From Chrysomallon squamiferum (lineage: Eukaryota > Animalia > Mollusca), in the NCBI GenBank assembly GCA_012295275.1, contig CM022679.1, forward strand, positions 8,866,001 through 8,930,000: a stretch of 64,000 bases of DNA. The letters run 5' to 3'. The position numbers and the translations under genes are program-made. The first letter of the stretch is position 1. Every line of letters begins with the position of its first letter. The notes beneath the pieces were generated by a model. That model was not told the DNA's origin. It did no database searches and worked only from the letters and a program-made list of their open reading frames with translations. Of the stretch, positions 40,305-55,257 are shown piece after piece.

Positions 40305-41303
40305 GTATGTTAATTTCAGTTTATTAGCATTATTATTATTATCATTGTTGTTGTTGTTATTATTTTTTAAATTTAAATGATCTCTGCTTTCGTTACAATT
40401 ATTAAGTGAGACAAATAATTTGGAAAAGTTTGGATAAGAAACATCTTGTTAAGTACAAAAATAAAAAATAAAGAATAATAATAAAATAAAAAATAAAAAT
40501 AAGGAGAAAAATGATTAAATGTTGACTGTCTTGAACATGCGTACAGTGGTTACGTTTGGTGCATTATTCATATAAGACAAATAAGTCTTACGGTATATAA
40601 GAAAGGTTTGTAACAAAAAAAAATATATATATATATATAATGATAATACAAAAATAATAATATGACAATAATAACAACAATAACTATAATAATAAAAACA
40701 GAACAAAAACAACAAGTAAAAATCAATGTTACTTAATAAAATAAATATGAAAAAATAATAAAAAGCTTTATTTGTCAGTCGTTTTATTACTTTTAAGTTT
40801 TAATAATGTTCGTTTGGTTACAGTAATTTCACTTCAGTGAGAAAATGAGAAGTGAAAAACTAGAATTACAATACAAATATGCTGCAAGAAAAACAGTGAA
40901 ATAAAAAAAAAAAAAAAAAAAAAAATACTTTTAGGATATTTTCAAATGAAAGAACACCTTAATATGGGAAATTAATTAATGTCCGTGTGAAAACTAAACT
41001 TTCTCCATCAAGAAACATTCTAAATTTAATTTCCAATGTATTTTCAGGGCGTAGGTCTTCAGTTTTTATTATTATTATTTTTTTGTCTTTTTAGTGTTTT
41101 TCAAGCATATAAATACGTTATGGAAAAGTGTTGTCGAAAGTCGTTATGATTAAATCGAAGTAACGCGATCACGTTTTAGTACAGTAATCAAGTGTTAAAA
41201 CAAATGAACCGCCATGCCATATCTGTTGTAACCTTATTTCATGTGACCTAGCCAAATGTGAGTTAAATCCACGTAGACATCGCTTCGTCTATAAACAATA
41301 CTG

Positions 41304-41361
<58 letters not shown>

Positions 41362-41476
41362 TAATGTATGTTTGTATGGCTTAGATATCAACGCTAACAA
41401 ACAACATCAGTGGCATCAACACAGAGATTAAAGCAAACTGTACAAGGTTTAAGACAGAAACTTCAGTTACTTGGGT

Positions 41477-41712
41477 TAATCTTGCAAGGAGCTGTGAAAG
41501 GAGGGAAGGAGACGAGACACTCAGAAGCAGAGGTGGGAAGGTAACAGTAGGGAATGGACAGGCCTGGATTTCGCCAAGTCACAGAGGCCAGTATAAAACA
41601 AGGGAAAGATAGAGGAAACCGATTGTAAAATCATTCTTTGGTGCCTCAAGAACCCATGCGGTTAAAGGATAATATAATGAATATGACAAAAAAAAAAAAA
41701 AAAAAAAAAAAA
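41477..41712 (+). mobile_element. 5'-truncated RTE-clade LINE 3' end with poly(A)
   Basis: Broken translation ILQGAVKGG/RRRDTQKQRWEGNSREWTGLDFAKSQR matches the typical RTE ORF C-terminus (ILQG.V.G.RRRGRQ.KRW.DNI.EWTG). A-run at 41688-41712. Confidence 0.85.
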
Positions 41713-42279
41713 CTATCTATGACAATATTATTAATTGCTTAAATTGGGGGAACATGTTTTGGGGTGTTTTTTTTTCTTTGTTTGTTTGTTTAGTTTTCTC
41801 TGAAAAAAAAATGGGCAATAACTGAGAAAACGTCATTTAAATTAATGTAATTATTATACATATATTATATTTAAAAAAAAGATGATTAAAATAAATCATT
41901 TACAATAAAAAGAGCAAATTAAGGTGTTTGACAATCTGCACAGTGTATTTAACCCATCTGAGATCAAGTTTTAATTTATATCCATTAGTGGCCCTTACGT
42001 TAATGTAAAGTACTTGATTACCGTATTACTTAATTTAAACGACGCTGATATCCGAGCCAAACATACATTAATTATTATTATTATTCATATAATTATTCCG
42101 TTTACACTGAGTTGACCTTTCTGTTCGCATTACCGTAATCATAGATCAAAAGTAATATAATTACTGCCTCACATTTTTTTTTATTTCTTCTCGCTACAAT
42201 TCGCGATTTACATTCGGCAAAAGGCGTCACTTGTATCCTAGCAACCTCATTGACAAGGCTTCTGTTTTCCTTTCATACG

Positions 42280-42452
42280 ACTGCCACCGACAATGGCATG
42301 TGATCATGTGACCGAACTCGAAGTCAGCGACGAGCATGAACGAACAGAATGTGGGTTACCGTTAGATCGAAGTAATGCTGGGTGTACGTACACTTAAAAC
42401 TCTTGGATTTTTATGACAGCTACCCCCGTTTTAAACTTTTCACGTGTTACAG
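42280..42452 (+). promoter_or_regulatory. CpG-rich candidate non-coding exon upstream of the PKD1-like gene
   Basis: CpG cluster followed by ACAG|GTAAGC at 42452/42453. The first coding exon has an acceptor at 43784, which implies an upstream exon. Confidence 0.45.
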
Positions 42453-43189
42453 GTAAGCAGTAAAGTGACAAAAACGGAATGAACGAAAACCAATGTTTAT
42501 TATCGTTTGTAACTGTGTGTCAAACGACACGTCGAAATACAAACTGGCCTACTACTATTATTAGTAAATTAATCTGAGAGATATGCTTGTTGACAGCAGC
42601 GTTAAGTTTTGTTCCAGTGGAATGTGTGTTCAAATTCGCGGAACATCGAGCACGTGTATATTGTGTGTTGTTTGGTGACAAGACGTGCATACAGACAAAC
42701 AGCAATATATTTTATTTTGAAATCTTTGATTTTGACTTAAGATTAAACAATTTATTAATCTGATCGTTATATATAAAACTAATCAGGATAGTTTAATAAA
42801 CAAACAAATAAATAAATTATACAATATGACGTAACGCATACACTGTAATTAAGTAATGTATTACAGTGTAAGACATACATTATCATTATATTATAAATAC
42901 CATTATATATATATATATATATATATTCACTTTAAAATAACTGATTACATACATTAGTTAAGAAATACAAAACAATGACAGAAATGTAGTTTTATCTCTC
43001 AACATCATTTACACAGAAAATCAAATAAATTTGATCACTGTTTTGTATTTAAATTGAAAAAAAATATTTATCATGATAGCAAATAATATTAAAAACAACA
43101 ACAACAAATAATAAGAAGAAGAAGACAAAATAATTAAGAATTAAAATTTTAAAAAGTAAATAAATAAATAAAAATAAAATATTAATAGT

Positions 43190-43830
43190 TCTGTAGATTG
43201 GGGATCAAACGCTGGTAATTAAACAATGATATCTTGAACTTACTGTAGACTGTGTCGAAGTGTGTAGATTGGAGATCTTCAACAAGTAATTAATCAGATG
43301 TTGAATTTCAGACTGTGCAGTAGACAATAAGTATGATGAGGTATGTTGACTAAAGATCTACAGCTGGTAATTAAACAGAGATATGTTGAATTTCAGGCTG
43401 TGCTGTAGACTGTGTTGAAGTATGATGAGATGTGTAGACCAGAGATCTACAGCTGGTAATTAATCAGTGACATGTTGAATTTCAGACTGTGCTGTAGACT
43501 GTGCTGTATGTAGACTGCGTTAAAGTGTGATGAGGTGTGTAGACTAGAGATCTACAGCTGGTAATTAATCAGTGACATGTTGAATTTCAGACTGTGCTGT
43601 AGACTGTGCTGTATGTAGACTGCGTTAAAGTGTGATGAGGTGTGTAGACCAGAGATCTACAGCTGGTAATTAATCAGTGACATGTTGAATTTCAGGCTGT
43701 GCTGTAGACTGTGCTGAAGTATGATGAGGTGTGTAGACCAGAGATCTACAGCTGGTAATTAATCAGTGACATGTTGAATTTCAGGCTGTGCTGTAGACTG
43801 TGCTGAAGTATGATGAGGTGTGTAGACAGA
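43190..43830 (+). repeat. Tandem array (89/107-bp units, about 7 copies) duplicating the acceptor and 5' edge of the first PKD1 coding exon
   Basis: GTAATTAATCAGTGACATGTTGAATTTCAG|GCTGTGCTGTAGACTGTGCTGAAGTATGATGAGGTGTGTAGAC is reiterated. The last copy runs into the coding exon and upstream copies degrade. Confidence 0.92.
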
Positions 43831-43838
43831 AGACCTGC

Positions 43839-44113
43839 ATGCCTAACAACACTCAGTGGTCTAGTATGCTGACATCAACCCCAGGCAGACACACAAAGTG
43901 CAATGATGTCTTCACCTTCAGCCAGATTATCTTTTCCCTCGGATTATTCTTCCTCGTTGTCCAGAGCTGCCATGGAGATGATGAAAATGTGCCTGGGTGC
44001 CTGGACTTGGTCAAGCTGGGATGTCAGTGTTCTAGAAGAGTTGTGTCGTGTGTCAGTTTGGGTCTTCGAGGTATCCCTGCAGTATCACTGTTTCCCAGGA
44101 ACATCGAGGAACT
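43839..44113 (+). CDS. PKD1: PKD1-like first coding exon: signal peptide and LRR-NT
   Basis: ATG at 43839 (alternative 43866); hydrophobic IIFSLGLFFLVVQSCHG, then GCQCSRRVVSCVSLGLRGIP...PRNIEEL; CT|GTGAGT donor. Confidence 0.85.
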
Positions 44114-44806
44114 GTGAGTACAGATGGTTTGAATATTCACTTAGTGAGTGCAAGTATTCTGATAGATAACTGTGTGGTTCAGATGAATTTTTTTGTTGAA
44201 GTCATAAAACAGATTATATGTAATAAAAAATCTAAAATCGAAATATTTTTCGATCCTTTTTTGTAAGTTAAATATACTGAAAATTCAGATTTAATTGCTT
44301 CTGTTTATACCATAAAAAAAAAAAAATAATAATAATTTGAATACTCCGTAATAATTGCCCTTCAAGTAATTAGAATCCATTAAAAAAAATGATTTAAAAA
44401 TGTAGAAGTTAAAAACGCTGAATAATTCCCTGTCATATACCTTTAATAAGCATTTGCGTCACACTACACACAGTCTGACCCCTTTTCCTTGTTTAAATTA
44501 ATAAAAAAAAAATTCTTTCTTCCTACCTTTAGATCACACTGATATATTTCTAGTCTGCATTTTTTTTTTTCTCCTGTATACCACTACACTGACAGTCACA
44601 CGTGGACAAAAGAGATAGAATGGGAGATACAGTAATGCAGATCATTTTTCTATTGTTTATAGCCAAGTGTTGATGTCACTTAAAAGACAGTCAGTTTACT
44701 CATTGTCTTTCTCTGTGTTAACTGACCCACTGTCTATACGTAATACAGAGGTAATGAAACCCGTTGAATAAACAAGATTATCGCATTAGACATGTTGAAC
44801 AAATAA

Positions 44807-44848
<42 letters not shown>

Positions 44849-46280
44849 AAACCCCTCCCCTAAGTATTTTAAATGAGTTATAAAGTAATAATAATGTGGA
44901 TTAGAGGAGTAGGTGTTAGTACAGGTTCTTGCTAACACAACGGATTCAGTGTTACAGACACATGTAGAGATATTGTTCTGTACCTTTCATTTCATGTTTT
45001 ATTGTGTAAAATTATAAGCCATAAATAAAGAGAGATATCATTGTTGTAAAGCAGTTTGCAAGGTGCTGTTGCTTACTATAAATGACAGATTTATATAACT
45101 GTTAGGTTAAAAGGTGCTACTGTTATGTTCTTTTACCTTGCTAATATCAGATGTCACCAGAATATTATTTATAGATTAGATATTTGAATATTTTATTAAT
45201 TTTTACATATTTTAGTTCATACACTTATTATAATGCTGTACTGGTTGCAACAATGTACGTCTGATATATCATGGAATGTATGTGCATAAAAATCTAAAAC
45301 TTTAATATTTATTATTGTTTTCTTAAGTTAAATGTATTGAGAATAAACACTGAATTCCTTCTTTTTTTTATCTGAAAAAACAAAAACTGTATACTGTGTA
45401 ATAATCACCTTTCCAAAAAATGTTTAAAAAACTTAATAAATCTCTTTCGGATATCTTTAATAAATATTTGCACAGTAAAATCATTAGCTGTTTTCCTGTG
45501 ATTAATTACTAATGATGAATGGTTTGAATTTTTTTATATTTTTTATTATGTTATTTATTTATTTATTTGTTTATTTATTTATTTATATATATATTTTATT
45601 TTTTATATTTTTATTATTTTTTTTTTTATATATATTTATTTATTTATTTTTTTTATTATTCATTGTTATCAAAAAAAAAAATAATAATAATAGTGGTCTT
45701 TTATGCAATAACCAGCCACAACCCATAAAGTTTTCATCATTTACCATGTTTTTCCCAATCTAAATCTCATTACTTAATCTCATTACCTGAAAACACAGAA
45801 GTGGTACGTATTACACAGAATTCATTCATGTCGTACAGTCTTTAAAAAATCTACAATGGAATGACGTTAATAAAATATTTAACAGCAAATTAAGTCAAGG
45901 CTGGTAGCATTTAGTTAAGGAAAATGGTTAATTCCTGAACTTGCCAGAAACTGTAAATAATATATAAGTCAAAGCTGTTGGCATGCACTGAAGATTTGCT
46001 TTTGTAAATGTGTCTTCAACTAATTAATAATGTGCCTGTGTATTATTTTCATTATCACTGTGTACAATGTATTAGTCACATCAAAGAGATTAATATATCA
46101 ATGTAAAACAATGTTATCACAATTCAGCTGCCAATAAGTATTGATTTTCCTTTCATTTTTTTCAAAACAGTATAGATTTGTTTGATAAACGTATTGGTGA
46201 AAGAGAATTTGTATGTGTATAATGTTTAATTGATTTCATGTATTTGGTTGTTTTATTATTTTATAATAAATAAATAAATG

Positions 46281-46323
<43 letters not shown>

Positions 46324-49242
46324 ACACACACACTAATATTAATAGAAGCTTGTGTGTAAGTGTGTGTATGTACATCTTTTGTTATATTATAAATATACAA
46401 ATATGCTTATTAATATATAATATTTCTTTTCAATTTTTGTCAAAATTTAATTTTAATTTTAAAATGTGTTAATTTTAAATAATAAAATGAATTAATTTGT
46501 AAAGCAAATATTATAATTTACATGTAATAAATATATATGGTGACAGTAAAATAGGACAAAATTATATCATACATACAAAAATCCACAAGACTTTATTCTT
46601 GCAGATAAACATGAATAATTTTGATAGGATTCCATGTTTAATTTCTTAGTGTTATGAAACTCAGTTAACAGCAGATATTTTACTTACCTGTTTTAGTTAA
46701 CCTTTTCATAAAACAATATAGTTATTGACAACTGAAACTTTTGGGTTATGCAGTTCCTAATTACAATATTGTATTTAAAAAAAAAATACCCACCAAAAAA
46801 ACCCATATATATATAAATTTTAAAAACATAAAAATAAATAAATGAATAAAAACTTATTGAAAAAAATTGTAAGTATGCAGTATTAAAAAGGTTTTTTTTA
46901 AATATATAATCAGCTAATTTAATTTTTTATTTATTTATCTTTGTTAGGTTTCTTATTAATTTTAGTAAAAATGTAAAATTGAATGATAAATTGAACTTGA
47001 ATATTTTCTTTCAGTATTCTCACAAATAACAAAATTTCCACCGTAAACTTGAGAAGTTTCAAATTTTCACAGCTAAAAAGTTTGTAAGTATTTAATACAT
47101 CAATAATTTTTCACTGTCTGTTTGTGTGTGTATCTGTGTGTGCATGTTTATGTGTATGTGTTCAAGTGTGTAACAGTGAATGATTTTTTTTAAACAAATA
47201 TTTGTTAAAATATTTATTTAATTAACATTTATTTATTTATTAATTATTATTATTGTTATTGTTATTATTATTATTATTATTATTTTTTTTTTTATTATTA
47301 TTATTTTTATTAGTATTAGTATTTGACTAGTTTAAAAAACCCACAAAAAACAATTACTATATATTTATATAGATAACTGAATATGAGTGCCTGTTAAAAA
47401 TTTTAGATAATATAATGTTATGTTTCAGAAACCTAGCTTCAAATAGAATTTCTGCTAAATCTGGGATTGCTAATGCAATTAAAACATTGACGAAACTGGA
47501 GAATTTGTGAGTTTTTCATTTAATACAAAACATTTTTTTTTATCATCCCCTGTGTAATTTAAAAAAATAATAATAATAATAAAAAAAAATTCTAATTCTA
47601 TTACAACTCAGTAAATGAGATATTATACTGTAAAAAATCTTTATATTTTTTAGAAAAACAAAAACTTATTACTGTTTTTGTTTTTGTATGTGAAAACATA
47701 TCCTTACTAATTATTATTATTATTATTATTACTATTATTATTATTATTATATAATGTATCACAATATTACTGTTATATTCTAAGTAATAATTATGATAGA
47801 AATGTCAGTAAAAACACATACACATCTGCACATATAAGCACAAATTTTTCAGAATATGTGCACATGCACACACACAAACGCACAGACACACACAGAGCAG
47901 GTTATATTGCCTGCAATGCATATAAAAATAAATTTATTTTAAGAGAAAATCATCCAAAATCAATGTTACTGGTACTTACTGTGCAATAAAAACTTCTCAT
48001 CTCTGTTTTATTTTTCTAGATATCTCCAGCGGAACAATATTTCTGTTGTAAATACGACTTATCTTCATGGTGTAGAATTAAAAGTTCTGTAAGTGTAAAT
48101 GAATTTATTTCAGTTTTAAAGACATGTGGCTGTAATTTTAATATTCACATATTTGAGGAAAAAACAATTATTATAATTAATTAGGGTGTTTTTTTTTTTA
48201 TTGTTTTGTTGTTTGTAATATTTTTTAATTATTTGTTTGACTATTTTAGTTTTTTTAGTTTTTATTTTTTTGTGATTTAATTTTAAAATTTTATTTTTTA
48301 TTTATTTTTTATTTAATTTTTAATAAATAAAAAAAATAATAATAAAAAATTAGACAAACATAAAAGTAAACATATATAAGAAATAAAAAATAAAATAAAT
48401 GAATAAATAAATGAAATGAAATGAAAAAGAAAGAAAGAAATACAATAAGACTGATTTATTTATTATATTATTTTTGTTTAATTTGTTTTAATTGTATTTA
48501 TCTTTTTCATTTTACTAATTTATTTTGTTTTTCTATTTAACAATTTTATTTATTTTTTATTAATATTTTTGTTTACATTTTTATTTTTGTCTCTAATTTA
48601 AATGAATTTTATAAAATAATTTATTTTATTTTTATTTGAATTTTTAAAATTATTTTTAATTTAATTTTTTTAAATTATTTTTATTTTTATTTTAATTAAA
48701 TTCTATTTATTTGTTTATTTTGTTGTTTTCAAAAAGAAAAATTGAAGCAGTGGTTGGTAATCATGTATGTTTAAATAGAATATTATGAAAAATTTTATTA
48801 CTTATATATATTTTGTTTTCTTATTTCAGTGATATTTCTCACAATCCTATAAAACACTTTCATTTTGGTGCTGATATCCACATAGCTCTGAAAGAATTGT
48901 AAGTATTCATTTTTGTTTATTATATTATATATCATATCATATCATATCATATCATATATCATATCATTTTTATTTTATTTTATATTACATTTTATTTTAT
49001 TTTATATTAAATTTTATTTTATTTTTTATTTATTTATTTATTTATTTATTTCAGATATATGAAAAATGTAAATTTAACAGAAATACCTGAGGGTGCCTTT
49101 GATTCATTTTCTAAGTTGAGAACACTGTAAGTAGACTAAATAAGACTATATATCTGTGAAATCTCAGTTATCTCTCATGCCTTGAACTTTCCTGTCAGTG
49201 GTGAATATTAAAATAATAGGTGAATAATTAACCACTTTGTGT

Positions 49243-49287
<45 letters not shown>

Positions 49288-50614
49288 AATGTATATATAG
49301 ATAGAGAGAGATAGAGAGAGATAAACAGATAGTCAGATAGATAGAAGGAGACTCAGACAGACAGACAGATAGATGTGTAATGATGTATTCCTGAACATGC
49401 GTTATCTGTAATATTTCATTCTCTTTATTTTACAGAGATTTAAGTGACAACAATTTGAAAACCCTGCCAAAAGGAATTTTTGATAATATTCCATTACAGC
49501 AAATGTGAGTATTGTCTTTCTCTCTGTGTGGTTGTAATTCACACAGATTTTTATTTTCATTAGTAGTTTTATTTCTTCGAGAACTTACTACAGTCTTGAC
49601 TGCACTTTGGCTTGAATCCACTTCGATTTTTATTTCAGTGTAAAAAAAAATTCATTATTAAAGTTTGATTTTTTTCACTGAATAATATCTCTGTTTTATT
49701 ACTTTTTTAAAATTTTTTTTTCTCTTTTTTTTAATCTAGATATTTTTAAATTTAGTTTTTTGTTTATAACATCTTTATTCTTGAAAAGCATAATATGAAA
49801 TAGTGATAATACCAAAATTTATATCTAATAATATAGTTTCACTGGTATAATATGTAATGAAATAAGCTTTTGGACTAATAAAAATAATAATAGTAATAAA
49901 AAATAATAATAATAATAATAATAAATATAATAATATAATAGTAATAATATAAATATAATATTAGTAATTATAATGATATAAAAAACAATAACAATAATAG
50001 TAATGATATAAATAATAATAATAATAATAATAATAATAATTTATAATTTATTAATAATGTACAGTAATGAAAAACAAAAATAACAACAAAAGCTACCAAT
50101 GCACACTAATATTCCTATTTAAAAATTTTTTTTTTTTTTTTTTTAATATTAACAGTAAAAGAAATTCTATACAAAAGTGATTTTCTGTGATTTTTTGTTT
50201 TTTTTAGTGATCTCTCTGGAAATCCGTGGAAATGTGACTGTCAGCTGAAGTGGTTGCGACACTGGCTGAACAGAGCGCAGAGTAAGAAGGTTGTGGTGAA
50301 GAACATCAACCAAGTGACATGTTCTCAGTGGCCCCAGCAACCACTCATTTCAGTTGACGTCAGCCATTTTATGTGTGAGTTCTCAAATTGAGAGTTTATG
50401 CCGAACAGTGGATTTTAAAATTATTTATTAATTTGTTTGTTTGTTTGTTTGTTTTTTGTTTACTAATTTATTTATGTTTTTGTTTTTTCTTTATTTTTTT
50501 TTATGTGTTTTTTTTTTTAAATTTTATTTCTTATTTACTTGTTAAAGAATATGTTCTGTTATTTCTTTGTTTATTTGTTAAATAGTTTTTTATTATGTAT
50601 TATGTATGTTTTTT

Positions 50615-50649
<35 letters not shown>

Positions 50650-51111
50650 TTATTTATTAATTGTGTTTATTTTTTTAAATTTGTTTTTGCTTTTTCATTT
50701 ATTTATTATTAAATTTAAATATTAGAATAAATTAGAAGCATAATTTTAATTTCTAAGTTAAATGAAGAAGCTTTTTGAATTATAACTAAATATTCTTGAC
50801 ACAATTTAAATGATATATCTTATTATTAAAACAGCAGTGAAAACTTTAATTAATAAATTAAAATTTGCAAACATCAATTGTATATGTATAGAAATGATAA
50901 GTTTAAATACAAAAATTATTTATTACGGAATGTGTCCTTTGCATTAAGGCATAACTGATCACTTAGCTGTTTAATGTAAAACTTTAGGATTTAAATAAAA
51001 ACAAATGGTGATAATTCATTCTACATGCAGCCAGCTTTCTTCTTTTGTTTTCTTTTCTTCTGGATTTATTTTTGTCTGTTCAGTTTTTATTATTATTATT
51101 ATTATTATTAC

Positions 51112-51154
<43 letters not shown>

Positions 51155-52615
51155 GTTACTGTTATTATTATTGTTATTACTGCACTGCTATTATTGTTAT
51201 TATTGTTGTTACTATTAATACTGTTATTGTTATTGTTACTGTTATTTTTTTATTATTGCTATTATTTGTATTATTGTAATTATTGTTTTTGTTTCTGTTC
51301 TTGTTATTGTTATTATTATTGTTGTTATTTTATTATTATTATCATCATTATCATTATCATCATCATTATTATCATTATCACTATCTTTATCATTATCATT
51401 GTTTGCTGGTATGTATATTGTCATCTCTCAATGCTCGACTCTGATTCTTCGTGTTGTTTGTTGGATCTGCAAATCTTTAATGTTGTGTTGTTTCTCAGCT
51501 TCCTGTCACATGACTGAAAAACGCAGCACAAGCACCTGGGATTGGCTGGATTCCTGTTTGACAGCGCTACCTAGTAGTTGTCAGGGTGAGTCAGGGTGAA
51601 AAACACTAATACAAATTGCCATAGAAACCAACTTAGAAAACCTCCCCACCCCCCCCCCCACCCTGAAGTGTTCAGCTGCTGGCTGCGTAGATTTTTTGCA
51701 ATTGCTTTTGCTAATAATTGTAGTAATACCTTTGTGGTTTTTTTGAAGAATAAAATTATTTGTCATATCAGTCGTAATTTATTCAGAGTAAATATGGTTC
51801 GGAGTTATAAATTTATTTTTAAATTAAAATAACAATTTAATGTTAAAATATTTAAACAGAGCCTAAGATATTGTCCTTGAAGTAAGATTAAAAATAAATA
51901 AATAAATAAATAAAATATGAAATCATGAATCTTTAAAAAAAAGAAAAAGAAAAAGAAACAAAACAAAAAGCACCCTAGAAAAAAAAAAAAAAACAAAACA
52001 AATAAACAAAACAAAAAAAGTCCACAATCAAATGAAAAAAAACACCTTAAAAAATGAACAAACAAACATACAAAAAAAAAAAAATAATAATAATAATAAT
52101 AAATAAGAAAAGGAAAACTGTCTATAGAGCCTACAGTATCTTTGTCCTTTGATTGATTGATTATTGGTTTTCATACAATACACAACATGAATTTGTAAAA
52201 ACGACACAGCTATTGTTTAAAACATGAGTGTTACTGAAAGGATTCTTTCGAGACCCTCGACACCTGTAGAAATCATGAACTGCTGATGCCTTTGACTTGC
52301 ACATTCTTTGTTTTGCTCCTCTGTTTTCTCTTAATTCTATGTCTACTTTGGTTTTGCGTTCTAATCTTTGGTGTTCTAATTGCTGTTATGTATTTTACAC
52401 AACTTTGTGTTTATATTTATTTTTGATTATAATATAGTGTTTCTCTGGGTTTTTTTTGCTTGTGTGCTTGTATATGTATATAAATTTGTATGTAATTTAT
52501 CTTCATGTATGTGTCTGTTTACCTGTATTTGGTTGGTGTGTCTATTTGTATGTTTGTATATGTTTGCATATGTATGTATATATATATTATCTATTTGTCT
52601 GTATGGATGTATGTT

Positions 52616-52655
<40 letters not shown>

Positions 52656-54264
52656 TATCTGTGTGTGTGTCTGTAATTACTATTTATATTTATGTTTACT
52701 TGTATTACATTTCCATCACCTGTGTTTATTTTCCATTAATTGTGTGTTGTTAAATCCTTTTGTTTACATTAATTTTGTTTCTGAAATGGTAAATGTACAG
52801 AAATATTCTATATATATATATATTATTATATTATTCATTATTCATTAATCATTATTATTTTACTTTCTGTAGGTTTGTCCAGTATAGCATCTTGTGTATA
52901 TAGTGTACAGCACAAAACAAATGTACTTGTCACCTACACCAGTATATCTACAGCCAACTCAACAGAGACCTGTCAAACTGACTGTTTCGACAAGAACTCA
53001 ACTTATTTTCTTTATGTTCCATCTGTGAATGGCTGTATCTGTGGAGAAATTAACCCTACCTGCAACTGCACTGGTCTTTGTGTGAGTGCATACAATTTAA
53101 TATCAGGCCCCACAAACACATTTTCTGAGTTTCACGTTAGAGTTACCTCCCCTGCGACAGTAGGGAGCCAGGTGGGGTTCAAACTGGAGTTGCCCATTCG
53201 GTTTAAAGAAATCAAGTGGAATTTCACCGACGGGTCTGAAACGAAGATCACAACCGCAGGCAACGTGACTCACACCTTCGTTTACCCGGAAACGTTTTCA
53301 GTGAGCATTGCCGTGTGTACCGAGGTTGACCTGTCAGCTCACCTGGTTTCCTCTGAGAGTGGTTTCACCTGCAGACAGTGGGCAGCTCACGTGTGGAAAC
53401 GTCTTCGTGAAACGATACGCACAAGCTGACGTCAGAGTTGAGTTTTCAGAAGGAAGTGACGTCGAAGTGGTTTGGAACAAGACAGACAACGTCACTGGAC
53501 AAACAGGTGAGCAGATCTCTTTAAGACAAAAAAAAAAATGAAACATTAAAAAAAAGTTTTTGAGGACAAAACTTTCAGTGAATATTATTTAACATCCCCT
53601 GTGAATATTTCAGGAAATATCCATTTTTCATTTCTTTCAGTGTTTTTAACTAAAACATGAATATCAGTGAATATTAGTGTGTTGATTATTGATTGACAAC
53701 TCACAGAATATTCTAATAGTGTTCTAATAATTAATATAGTATCTGTTACTATATAGTTATTATTACTGCTACTAATTATACTTCCATTACCTTTACACAA
53801 ACTATCACTACTATTATTACAACTGCAACTATCACTATCACACTATCAGCTACTGTTACTGTTATTATTCTTAGTAATAGTACTGTTAGTTATATTTTTA
53901 TAATTATTATTTATATTATTATTGTTGTTGTTATTGTTGTTCTTGCTACTAGTACAACTATTACATTATTAATTATTATTATAATTTTTATTACTTTTAT
54001 TATTAACATTGTTGCTGCTTTTATTATTATTATTATTACCTTTATTATTGTTGTTGCTGTTATTGTTACTGTTATTGTTATTGCTGTTATTGTTATTGTT
54101 ATTATTATTATTGTTATTACCTTTATTATTGTTGTTGATGTTACTGTTACTTTTATTGTTATTGTTGTTATTGTTATTATTATTATTATTGATGATTAAT
54201 TATCATTATTATACTATAATTGTTATATTTATAATTATTTTTATTTTATAATAATTAATAGTTA

Positions 54265-54298
<34 letters not shown>

Positions 54299-54571
54299 GT
54301 AAATTATCATTATTATATTATAATTATTATTATTATCATTATTATATTAATATTATTATTATTATTATTATTTATTATTATATAATAATTAATATTGTTA
54401 TATTATTGTTGTTGTTGTTGTATATTATTATTATTTTTGTTATATTATTATTACTATTATTATTATTATTATTATTGTTATTATTATTGTTATATTATTA
54501 TTATTATTATTTTTGTTATATTATTATTATTATTATTACTATTATTATTATTATTATTATAATTATTATTG

Positions 54572-54604
<33 letters not shown>

Positions 54605-55187
54605 CACAGAAAGCATGCAGTGTAACCAAGGAGACGTTCTTCACGCAGACTCAGGTCACTGTTTTCATCTCACAACCTCCGCATCCTGGTTTGATGCTCA
54701 GACACTCTGCCAAAACACACTGAAAGGAAATCTTGCTGCCATCAACTCAGACACAACAAACACTTTTATTGTGAACACATTCCTGTGAGTCTCACATACC
54801 TCTTACTGTCATTTAAAACAGCAATCTTTCATGTCGATGCTTTTATTTTCATTTTTTTTTTCACAGAGACTGAGAATGTATTGATTCAGAAAAACAGAAA
54901 TGATGAAATATGTTTCATTTATTTAGTTTTTGGCATGAAAGCTGTCAGTTTACTGTATATTTATTTTAATATTATTTTATTGTTAATTTATTTTCAAACC
55001 TATAATGGCTCTATATATTTATATCATTGTTTTAAACTTCATATTTTTTTTTTTTTAATGTTTGTAATTTGTTTATTTTTCAACATTTAAAAGCATTGTG
55101 ATATTAAATTATAGTCTGACTGGCTGTTTATTATTATTATTGTTATTGTTATTGTTATTATTATTGTTATTATTATCATTATCATCA

Positions 55188-55257
<70 letters not shown>

